Virus record (IMG/VR): IMGVR_UViG_3300050507_000132
Coordinates: 15,197 to 79,196 of that record
Origin: a virus
Taxonomy: Duplodnaviria > Caudoviricetes
Reading direction: 5' to 3' (one strand)
DNA length: 64,000 nt
The notes below the pieces were generated by a model. That model did not search any database. It was not told the DNA's origin and saw nothing but the letters and a program-made list of their open reading frames with translations. This document shows positions 56,491 through 64,000 of this stretch, one piece after another; the stretch's first letter is position 1, and each line of letters starts with the position of its first letter. Position numbers and translations under genes: made by a program.

Positions 56491-58524
56491 TCACAGCACC
56501 ACCTCGACGTCGTAGCCGTTGTCGTTCACACCGGTGACCCGGAAGCGAGTGCCGGGCGGAAGGATGAATTCGGACTCACTGCCGTGCGGGTAGACCTTGT
56601 AGACCTCCAGGACATGCGTACCCGCAGGCATGGTGATGTTGAGCATGTCGCCCATGCCCTGACCTCTCATCATGGGCGCCATCTGGAACAGCTGCGCCAC
56701 GCTCTCGTCCTCCGAGGTGCTGACGAACCCCCGGTCTGTGAACTCGTCACCCACGTCCATATCCGGCAGCTTGTTGCCGCCCCGGTAGACCGTCACCGGC
56801 TCCGTCAGGGGTTCCTGAATATCGATGAAGTCGTTGAGGACCCGGGCTTCTGCCTTCAGCTCCTGCTCGTCCCGGACCTTGGTGCCACGGCCCTTGCGCA
56901 ACCAGAGATTTACATCAGGGGTGTCGATGTACGACTCCAGCGCCTCGGTGTGCTCATCCTCCGTGAAGTCGGGGGAGCCGATCATGCCGCCCCGGGGCTC
57001 GGGGAGCTTGCGCTTGCCCTTGCCCCGGTTGCCGGGGTGCAACTCGTGGTACCCCGGGTCTCCCAGACTGCCGTGGAAAACCTCGGTCCCCGCTGCGGTG
57101 ACGGACTCTTGCGCCGGACGCCAGCGAGCCACGATCATTCCCCGGCAGGCGTTGCCGTAGCGGGGGCCGACGCAGTCCTTGTAGCCCATGACCGGGTACG
57201 CCTTGACGGCGATCTCCAGGGAATCGAACTGCTCGCCGTCGACTTCTTTGCACGGACCGCACGTGTTGCGGTCGAGGATCTCACTCGCGTAGTACTCGCC
57301 GGGTGGAGCGGCACGCAGAACGGCCTCTCTCCCGGCCGTCTGTGCGGTGGACATGGCCGTACCCACGGGACCCCGTACAGCGGCGTCCTGTGCGTCTTTG
57401 AGGCGTTCGTCCACGGCGTCCGCGAGTGCCTCGGGAGAACCTGTACGGGCGAGCAGGGAGGCAACGGAGCGTTTCGCAGCCTGGACCACGGTAGCGGCGA
57501 TCTCCGAGATCTTCAGCTTGGCGACGGAACGCAGCAGGCGCTGCCCGCCGACGGCCGCCGTGACCGCGTCGGGCTCCATGTCGTCCGGCAGCTTCCAGTC
57601 CCCGACGTCCACGCCTTGCCACTTGGCCTCCCGGGAGAGGGAGTCTCCCGCCTGCCGGGCGAGGGTGTACATCACTCCGGCGAGCACTCCGGCCGCGTCC
57701 GACGTGTCGACGGAGAGGAGGTCGAGATCTTCGGGGGTGTCGGCTCCGGCTGCGATCTGCCCCCGGATCTGTGAGCGCCACTTTTCCAGCTCGCCGGTCA
57801 GCCGCGCCGAAGCCAGGGCGACGGCGTCGTCCCACTGCTTGCCGTGGGTGGAGAAGTCGGTGAACGCTTCGTGCTCGAGGGGGTCACGGCGCGCGGCCGA
57901 CGCGGTGAGGCTGACGGCCTTGCCCTCGAGCGGGACGTCCCGGTCGTCGTCGCCGAAGCTGAGACGGATACGGTCGAACGTGACCGGGCCGAGTCGTTTC
58001 TCCAGGGCCCGGACCACAGTGAGGTCTCCGCTGTAGGCAGCGCACACGTGCGCGACCCAGGGAGAGTGCTGTTCAGGGATCTCCGGAAGATCCATGGTCA
58101 TGGTCAGAGCGGTTCCGGCGATCATCCTGGCTTCCCCGAGGGTGGAGTCCGCCGGGTTGTCGCTCGGCATGTCCCCCACCGACCACACCCAGGACGGCTT
58201 GTCACCGTCTCCGTTCCAGTGCGCCACTCCGAAGATCTTGGCCTTCACCGGCGGCATGCCCATCACCAGGTTGCGTACGGCGGATGTCAGGGCATCCTTG
58301 GCCTCCTCGGACCAGGCGCCTCCGTCCTCCCCGAGAAAGAACAGGGTGCAGTGCAGATCGGTGGCCTTCTCCCCGCCGGGGAATGCGAGCCGCTTGGCGT
58401 CGGCGGCCGTCGGCATCAGCGCGATCATCGCACCGTCGAGGTGCGTGCCTTCGTCGGCCAGGGCGATGCGGCGGCCGTGGGCTCCTTGAATGTGGTGGCC
58501 CCGCCGGTGGAAAGCCTCAGCCAC
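56491..58524 (-). CDS. 2H phosphoesterase - MuF-like minor head - ADP-ribosyltransferase fusion
   Basis: HCT/HVC 2H motifs; CGPC...DC...NACRG MuF motif; VYRG, GFVSTS, ESEFILPPG (R-S-ExE ART). Confidence 0.8.
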   Translation of the reverse strand: MAEAFHRRGHHIQGAHGRRIALADEGTHLDGAMIALMPTAADAKRLAFPGGEKATDLHCTLFFLGEDGGAWSEEAKDALTSAVRNLVMGMPPVKAKIFGVAHWNGDGDKPSWVWSVGDMPSDNPADSTLGEARMIAGTALTMTMDLPEIPEQHSPWVAHVCAAYSGDLTVVRALEKRLGPVTFDRIRLSFGDDDRDVPLEGKAVSLTASAARRDPLEHEAFTDFSTHGKQWDDAVALASARLTGELEKWRSQIRGQIAAGADTPEDLDLLSVDTSDAAGVLAGVMYTLARQAGDSLSREAKWQGVDVGDWKLPDDMEPDAVTAAVGGQRLLRSVAKLKISEIAATVVQAAKRSVASLLARTGSPEALADAVDERLKDAQDAAVRGPVGTAMSTAQTAGREAVLRAAPPGEYYASEILDRNTCGPCKEVDGEQFDSLEIAVKAYPVMGYKDCVGPRYGNACRGMIVARWRPAQESVTAAGTEVFHGSLGDPGYHELHPGNRGKGKRKLPEPRGGMIGSPDFTEDEHTEALESYIDTPDVNLWLRKGRGTKVRDEQELKAEARVLNDFIDIQEPLTEPVTVYRGGNKLPDMDVGDEFTDRGFVSTSEDESVAQLFQMAPMMRGQGMGDMLNITMPAGTHVLEVYKVYPHGSESEFILPPGTRFRVTGVNDNGYDVEVVL

Positions 58525-60406
58525 GGCCGTTCACCCCCGAGGGGATGAGAGACGTCGAGATGAGTCCGTGTGTGTCGGCGTACGTCGCCGGACCGTCGAG
58601 CACCAGCCTCCCGAATGGATCAAGGTGACTGTAGTACAGGCCGGAGGTTCCGGGAACGGCGGTCGGAGCATTGCGGGCGACGGCGTGTGTGAACGGGCAC
58701 GAGTACTCGTGATCGTGGCACAGCGGGGGGTGCAGCAACTCCCACCGGCTGGACGCTGCCTGGAAGCGCAGGAGGTGCTGCGTACTGGCCTGTTTGAGCA
58801 GGGTCTCCGACCGCGCTCGGGCGGCCTCCTCCGCTGAGGGTCCGGCCCCCTGCGGTTCGGCCGGAGGACCGTTCTCCGGACCCTTTTGTGCGGACGGGGG
58901 CGCGCCGGAGGGAGCCTTGGGTCCGGGCGCCTGTGGGGGCGGAGTCTTGCCGTCCTGCACGGCTTCGGCGGTGCCGGGGTCCTGCGGAGAGACGGGGACG
59001 ATCGGCTTCAGCTTCTCGCCTGTCAGCTCGGACAGCGCGGCCGACGCGCCGGAAGGCAGTGTCTTGATGATGACCTTCAGGCCCTGCTCCTTCAGTTCCT
59101 CGCCGGTAGGCTTGTCGTCCTCGTCGAATCCGAGCTCGCGCCGCAGCGCCGCACCGGACAGCTCAAGCCGGTCGTAGGCTTCGGTGGCGTTCGTGCTGCG
59201 GTCGGGCCGCAGGGCCAGTTCGCTCATGTCGTACCAGACGACCCAGTCCGCCGGGTCCTCTCCCGAGGCTTCGAGCCGGGGCTGGAGGTAGCCGCGCGTC
59301 AGGCTGTCACAGATCAGTTCGGCGACCGGGGCGATGTGCGTCTTGAGGGCGCCCTCTTCAAGCTGCCAGGCGCCCCAGTGGTTCACGTCGCCCATGCCCA
59401 GAAGGATCTCCGCCGGAAGGTCCAGCTTCGTGGCCAGGCGCTTGATCGCGCTGTCCCTCTTCTCGATGATCCGTTCATCGATCTTGAGCGTGAAGTCGAT
59501 GTGCTGAATCGCGTTGATCGACTCCGCCGGACCCACGATCGGGATCGGAATGACCGAGCTGGCGGTGCCCGGCTTCTCGATTGCCTGAGAGGCAATCTCG
59601 ATCAGCTCCAGCACGAGGGGGTTGGGCTCGTCCTGGAACTCTTCGCGGACGGGGAATGTCAGATCGTCGGGGATGCCGATCACGCCTGCGGAGGCGAGGC
59701 GGCTGAGGTACTCCGCCACGATCTTCCGGTTGACCAGCTCCAGTTCCCGCATGATCTCCCGCGCGCTGCGCGCCGGGGAATCGGCGAGGTGATGGTAACG
59801 ATCGTGAGGGCGCCAGACCCGGGTGACCATGGAATCCTTGGCAATGGGGCGCCAGTCCTGACCGGTGTTGACGGAGTCCTCGTCCATCACGTAGAACGTC
59901 CCGTTCTGGACACGGATCTCGTCGACCGACCGGACCTGCCACCGCTCCGTCTTGCCGTCCGCCTCACCGACGAGGTACCCCTCACCCGGGATGGAAAGCT
60001 GTACGGTGAGGCGTTTCATGAGCTGTGACTGGCCTGTGGTGCCGCCTCCGAGACGCATCATCAGGTCGGCGGCCGGGCCGTCGGTGACGATGTCCGGCTC
60101 GTCCACGTCGGGCTGGAGCTTGGCAGCCCGCAGGCGGACCCGGCTGAGCATGTTGGACAGCCACCACACCCCGTAGTTGAACTCTCCAAGGTTGTCGTAG
60201 TAGCTCCAGACTTCGTTCTGCCACTTGTCCGTGTAGCGCAGGAACTGGGCTGAGGGGCCCTTCGGCGTTGCGGCTGCGGCTGTCAGCCCCCGGGGCGCAG
60301 CCTGCACCGGAGCGGCCGACGCAGCAAGAGCCTTCTGCCCCGGCCGGGCAATGGAACTGAGCAGGCCCACATCTGCCTCCGATGACCTCAGGGATCCCGG
60401 GGTCAT
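58517..60406 (-). CDS. portal protein
   Basis: Q.E.W..YD..GE...W.SN..SRV, PGEGYL, WRPH, DVNHWGAW; gene order. Confidence 0.85.
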   Translation of the reverse strand: MTPGSLRSSEADVGLLSSIARPGQKALAASAAPVQAAPRGLTAAAATPKGPSAQFLRYTDKWQNEVWSYYDNLGEFNYGVWWLSNMLSRVRLRAAKLQPDVDEPDIVTDGPAADLMMRLGGGTTGQSQLMKRLTVQLSIPGEGYLVGEADGKTERWQVRSVDEIRVQNGTFYVMDEDSVNTGQDWRPIAKDSMVTRVWRPHDRYHHLADSPARSAREIMRELELVNRKIVAEYLSRLASAGVIGIPDDLTFPVREEFQDEPNPLVLELIEIASQAIEKPGTASSVIPIPIVGPAESINAIQHIDFTLKIDERIIEKRDSAIKRLATKLDLPAEILLGMGDVNHWGAWQLEEGALKTHIAPVAELICDSLTRGYLQPRLEASGEDPADWVVWYDMSELALRPDRSTNATEAYDRLELSGAALRRELGFDEDDKPTGEELKEQGLKVIIKTLPSGASAALSELTGEKLKPIVPVSPQDPGTAEAVQDGKTPPPQAPGPKAPSGAPPSAQKGPENGPPAEPQGAGPSAEEAARARSETLLKQASTQHLLRFQAASSRWELLHPPLCHDHEYSCPFTHAVARNAPTAVPGTSGLYYSHLDPFGRLVLDGPATYADTHGLISTSLIPSGVNGRG

Positions 60407-60437
60407 GGTAGTCGGGATCGTGGGCCGGACCTCTCGG

Positions 60438-61022
60438 TCAATGCGCGAGGATCACCTGGAACAGGCTGGCCTGCTCGTGCCGGTCGATGGTCCACCCTGC
60501 TGCCCGGACCATCGCCGCATACCCTTCTAGATCCCAGGCCCATGCATGCTCGGGACTGTGTACTTGGGGGTTCTCGTTCCAGGGCGAGGAGCACACCAGC
60601 CGATCCGAGGTCTTCCGGACCCAGACCAGCGCTCCATGCGGGTCGGCAAGATGCTCCAGTACTTCAGTCATCACCGTGAGCTGCCCGAGCCGGACGCGGT
60701 CCCGGTCGGCGCCGAACACGTCGAGCGCTTCCGCCCGGACACCGCGCTCCGGCCAACCCTCGGCATTGGCCGGGGAGAAGTCATACCCCCAAGCCCGGAC
60801 CCCCGGGATTTCATGGATCAGGGAAAGCAAACCGCCGTCCCCGCATCCGAGGTCACTGGCCGTGGACGCGCCTTCCGCCACGGCCTGTGCGATGAACTCC
60901 CGAGCCTTGCGGAGCCGGGGCTGGCTCCATTCTTCCTCCAGGTGCCGTGCCCGGTCACGATCTGCATGGAACTCAGCGGTCGACACGTAGGGGGTATCCC
61001 CCTCGAACAGGCGCCATTCCAC
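60438..61022 (-). CDS. class I SAM-dependent methyltransferase
   Basis: SDLGCGDGGLL, MTEVLEHLADP; resembles 22243-22875. Confidence 0.85.
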   Translation of the reverse strand: MEWRLFEGDTPYVSTAEFHADRDRARHLEEEWSQPRLRKAREFIAQAVAEGASTASDLGCGDGGLLSLIHEIPGVRAWGYDFSPANAEGWPERGVRAEALDVFGADRDRVRLGQLTVMTEVLEHLADPHGALVWVRKTSDRLVCSSPWNENPQVHSPEHAWAWDLEGYAAMVRAAGWTIDRHEQASLFQVILAH

Positions 61023-61080
61023 GCGTCAGTCATCCATCTTCAGCCAGGTCATGCGGCCACTGTACCGACCACGGACAGCG

Positions 61081-61116
61081 AAGAGCCCCGGCAGGCTGGG
61101 ACCCGCCGGGGCTCTT
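61081..61116 (-). terminator. terminator hairpin after the Ro60 gene
   Basis: AAGAGCCCCGGC/GCCGGGGCTCTT 12-bp stem. Confidence 0.75.
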
Positions 61117-61142
61117 AGGGGCGTGCAGGCCCCGCAGTCAGG

Positions 61143-62771
61143 CTACGCCTGCCACGGCCACTTCGCGTCACTTCCGGCGAGCAGCGTGTTGACGAGCGTG
61201 AACAGCTTGTCGCTGAACCCGCCGACGGCGTACCTGTTCGGCACGCTCAGGTCGAGCATGCTCGGCGCGTAGCCTCCGAGGTTGAAGCTGAACAGCGGTA
61301 CGTGTGCCGGAACGGCCGTGGTGACGTTGTCGTCACCGATGGTCTGGCCTATGTATCCGTTCCGGGCGGAGCCCCACGCCTGTTCGTCCGTGAAGACGAA
61401 CACCTGATCGTGCCCGGCGTAGGTGGTCCGGAGGGCAGAGGCGATGTTCGTACCCCATCCGACCCGGCGCTGGACCCGGCTGAGTGCCTCCGCCAGACGC
61501 AGCGCACTACCGCCCCGGGGCACGGGAACGGTCTCGTGACGCGTACCGAAGGCGACCAGGGTGACGTCCTCACTCCGCAGGGAAAGGACCGACCCGAACA
61601 GGGCGCCGACCTCCATACGGCTCAGCCTGGACTTGTCGGAGACCGTGGCGTTCATGGAGCCGGAGACGTCCACCAGCACCAGGGAGCGGCCCCGGACGGC
61701 CGGAACGTTGACCGAAGCGAGATTGGCAGCGACCTCCAGCGGATGCAGCCAACGGGTACCGGGAACCTCCTTGTACGCACTGAGGAACCGGAACGGAAGC
61801 TGACGCGAGCGTTCGACTTCGCCCCGGTCCATAAGACGCTGCGCCACCTTGGCCGCCACGGCGTCCGAGACTCCGGCCTGATCGAAGTTGCGCAGGTTGC
61901 GCAGCAACGCCATGTACCCCATGGAGGGGATCATGGCCTCCCAGACGGCCCGGCTCTCCAGGCCGTACTGACCGGCGAGGGACTTGGCGTCCTCCCAGGT
62001 CATGCCTGCCTTGCGCAGCGTCTCCGGCTGAAGAAGGATGTCCGGCTGTCCCGGTACCCGGGACCGCAGAGACATGTTTTCCCGCAGAACGGCGAGACTC
62101 TCCGGAATCGCCTCGCCCCGGCCGTGGCGCCGGTCGATGGCGTGCTTGAACAGCTCCCCCTGCCACGGGCCCTTGAGATGCTGTGCGCTGCCCTTGGCGT
62201 CGCCCGGGTGTGTCAGTTCGATGACGTCCGCGAAGCGCAGGCCGTGACTCGCCGTGTCGTACTTGAGCAGGGAACGTTCGTCGTACAGCCGGATGGCTGC
62301 GTCGGCAACGCCGCGCTTGACGGCCATGGGCAGCCTGCGGCCGTAGGCCTGCATCCAGTAGCCCAGGAACTCGCCCGGTTCGTCCGCACGCCGAAGGGCT
62401 CCGTCGATCATCTTCCGGGCCCCGGGAACTCCGGCGCCGATCATGACGTGTGCGGCTTCGGCTGCGGCGACGACGGCCGCCGTGCGCATGTGTGCTTCCC
62501 CGCGCAGCCACGGAATGAAAGACCCGACCCACGCAGGATCGTCAGCCGCCACGGTGCGCACAAGGGTACGGAAGCGGTCGTCCCGGTCGGCGGCCGACTC
62601 GTAGAAGGTGTCCTGGCCGACCATGTTGGTCAGGGCGAGGAACACGAGGTCCGTCTGAGCGGTGCGCACGTGAGCGGGCGCGCCCTCGTACGTGCGGGTC
62701 TTCTCGCCGGTCGTCTCGGCCGGACCCGTCACGCGGGGACGGGGCTGAGAGCGGGGGTTGAAGCGGGCCAT
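61143..62771 (-). CDS. rsr: Ro60/TROVE RNA-binding protein with C-terminal vWA
   Basis: MARFN...TYEG...TFYE, LR.EAHMRT, KRGVADA, LLKYD, TWE, MGYMALLRNLRNF, RQLPFRF, LVDVSGSM, GTN, FTDEQ. Confidence 0.95.
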   Translation of the reverse strand: MARFNPRSQPRPRVTGPAETTGEKTRTYEGAPAHVRTAQTDLVFLALTNMVGQDTFYESAADRDDRFRTLVRTVAADDPAWVGSFIPWLRGEAHMRTAAVVAAAEAAHVMIGAGVPGARKMIDGALRRADEPGEFLGYWMQAYGRRLPMAVKRGVADAAIRLYDERSLLKYDTASHGLRFADVIELTHPGDAKGSAQHLKGPWQGELFKHAIDRRHGRGEAIPESLAVLRENMSLRSRVPGQPDILLQPETLRKAGMTWEDAKSLAGQYGLESRAVWEAMIPSMGYMALLRNLRNFDQAGVSDAVAAKVAQRLMDRGEVERSRQLPFRFLSAYKEVPGTRWLHPLEVAANLASVNVPAVRGRSLVLVDVSGSMNATVSDKSRLSRMEVGALFGSVLSLRSEDVTLVAFGTRHETVPVPRGGSALRLAEALSRVQRRVGWGTNIASALRTTYAGHDQVFVFTDEQAWGSARNGYIGQTIGDDNVTTAVPAHVPLFSFNLGGYAPSMLDLSVPNRYAVGGFSDKLFTLVNTLLAGSDAKWPWQA

Positions 62772-62815
62772 GGAAAAGCCTCCTGGTCGGTGGTCGGCCG
62801 GGAGGCTGAGACAGT

Positions 62816-62889
62816 GCGCCCGAGATCGAAGTTGCGGTCCGGTCGGATTCTTTGCGAGAGAAGGAACCGGTCTGCCTCGCAACGGGCGC
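62816..62889 (-). ncRNA. Y RNA 3 (short, YrlB-like)
   Basis: Terminal stem GCGCCCG/CGGGCGC flanking GUUGCGAGG and CUUCGAUCU; paralogous to the two RNAs upstream. Confidence 0.8.
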
Positions 62890-62901
62890 GAAGTCTGTGT
62901 C

Positions 62902-62974
62902 CTCCCGAGATCGAAGTGGCGGTCCGGTGTATCTCGGCTTCAATCGAAGTAACCGGGGTGCCTCGCAACGGGAG
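62902..62974 (-). ncRNA. Y RNA 2 (short, YrlB-like)
   Basis: Terminal stem CUCCCG/CGGGAG; same GUUGCGAGG...CCGGACCGC..CUUCGAUCU core. Confidence 0.8.
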
Positions 62975-62991
62975 TTGCATTCAGTTGTGGG

Positions 62992-63126
62992 GGACCAGAG
63001 ATCAAAGCGGCCTCGGAACATTAGGTGCTCTGCCATTGAGCTACGAAGTCCGAGGACTCCGGCGGGACTCGAACCCGCAACCACCCCATTACCAGTGGAA
63101 GTAACCGACGCCTGCGCAACTGGTCC
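62992..63126 (-). ncRNA. yrlA: YrlA-type Y RNA with a circularly permuted tRNA-like domain
   Basis: GGACCAG/CUGGUCC closing stem; T arm GCGGG-UUCGAGU-CCCGC, then loop-closed acceptor CGGAGUC-CUCG-GACUUCG, then D arm UA-GCUC-AAUGGCA-GAGC. Confidence 0.9.
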
Positions 63127-63134
63127 GGCTGCCC

Positions 63135-63163
63135 ACCCTACGGAAGGGCGGACACGGTGTCTA
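63135..63163 (-). promoter_or_regulatory. housekeeping-sigma-type promoter of the Y RNA-Ro60 operon
   Basis: Minus strand TAGACA-17 nt-TAGGGT, ending 8 nt before the YrlA stem. Confidence 0.7.
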
Positions 63164-63202
63164 TTTCCTTCTGTCGACTTACTTAAACCGCAGAGCGTCT
63201 GA

Positions 63203-63310
63203 TCATGGCTGGTTGCGGTACCAGTACCAGGCCAGGCCCACATACGCTCCGGCGAGCCCGAGTCCGGCGCCGATGATCACGCCGACCGTCACTGCGGCCC
63301 ATTCCGGCAT
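63203..63310 (-). CDS. small membrane peptide
   Basis: MPEWAAVTVGVIIGAGLGLAGAYVGLAWYWYRNQP; RBS AGGAG. Confidence 0.5.
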   Translation of the reverse strand: MPEWAAVTVGVIIGAGLGLAGAYVGLAWYWYRNQP

Positions 63311-63732
63311 CACGACCACTCCTGAGAGGCGAGCAGGGCTCCGGCGGCCCACACGGCCGGACCGGTGAGCCCCGGAACGGGAACGCCGTACGTGAGGTCC
63401 ACGACGGCCGTGAGGGCTCCGGCGATCCACCCGGACGCGCACCACGGACAGCTCACCAGTTCGGCGAGCCAGAACGGCGATGCGTCCCGGCGCTTGACGT
63501 AGCGCTGGTGCAGGCCGTCGTCCGGGTCGTAGCTCCAGCGATCCCGCAGGCGCCGCTTGTCGACTTGGTTGGCCGCGCCATAGCGCTCCAGCTCGGGCAG
63601 AGTGAGGGGGCGCCAGCCCCCGGCGAGGCGGTCCCGCATCCACAGCACCGGCGGAAACGTGTCCTTCGTGACCAGGCGCGTGGCGCGGTACACGGTCAAG
63701 CTCATGAGAGTGAAGACGAACCAGTCAGTCAA
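63310..63732 (-). CDS. DUF1360-like membrane protein
   Basis: YRATRLVTKDTFP...ELVSCPWCASGW. Confidence 0.75.
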   Translation of the reverse strand: MTDWFVFTLMSLTVYRATRLVTKDTFPPVLWMRDRLAGGWRPLTLPELERYGAANQVDKRRLRDRWSYDPDDGLHQRYVKRRDASPFWLAELVSCPWCASGWIAGALTAVVDLTYGVPVPGLTGPAVWAAGALLASQEWS

Positions 63733-63842
63733 TGGTCTGTGCTCCTTGATCGAGGGAGTGCCCGTCCCGTACGGACGTGGAGGTGGTACATGGCCGGGCA
63801 CTCTCGTGATGGAGGATGCCCGGCCGGGATGATCGGTTCCCC

Positions 63843-64000
63843 TTACGGAGCGGGAGTCTTGGCGACGAGAACACCGGGCGGGGACACCGAGGCGGGGACA
63901 GGCGCCGTTACCTTGTCCCGGACCCACACGCCGATGAGCAGCATGATCGCGCCGACTACCTTGGCCTGGAGTTCGGCGTCCCAGTCCAGTCCGAAGTACG
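63843..64000 (-). CDS. holin-like membrane protein, C-terminal part
   Basis: ...FGLDWDAELQAKVVGAIMLLIGVWVRDKVTAPV...; truncated by the window end. Confidence 0.55.
   Translation of the reverse strand, partial: YFGLDWDAELQAKVVGAIMLLIGVWVRDKVTAPVPASVSPPGVLVAKTPAP

Noticed and set aside
62816-63126. Repeat-spacer-like pattern as a mini-CRISPR or anti-CRISPR RNA array
   Set aside because: Each unit is closed by its own complementary stem, one contains a permuted tRNA module, and the array abuts a TROVE gene; Y RNAs explain it better.

Overview
A high-GC, siphovirus-like actinophage (probably Streptomyces) with plasmid-like features, cut at both ends. Positions 1-12.4 kb hold replication and recombination genes: a DUF3854 TOPRIM primase (partial), an excisionase-like HTH, HNH, SF2 helicase, PD-(D/E)XK exonuclease, SSB-like, RuvC-like and ParB-like genes. 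The + strand from 12.4-36 kb is accessory: vWA, a secreted GH16-like protein, glycosyltransferases, a TraA/TraB/Spd-like conjugation module with candidate clt repeats, WYL, DUF932-like, DUF397 and WhiB. The - strand from 36-64 kb is morphogenesis and lysis: endolysin, tail, tape measure, capsid, protease, a 2H-phosphoesterase/MuF/ART fusion and portal. No terminase or integrase is visible. The most striking features are RNA-level: (1) a Ro60/TROVE gene directly preceded by its own promoter and three tandem Y RNAs, one a tRNA-mimicking YrlA type; (2) three dispersed tRNA-shaped elements with intact acceptor and T arms but aberrant anticodon arms; (3) a 14-bp palindrome GRTTTANNTAAAYC at about ten promoter positions; (4) a probable -1 frameshift or dual-coding segment inside the 990-aa ORF. 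All family assignments come from motif recognition by eye; no searches or folding programs were run.
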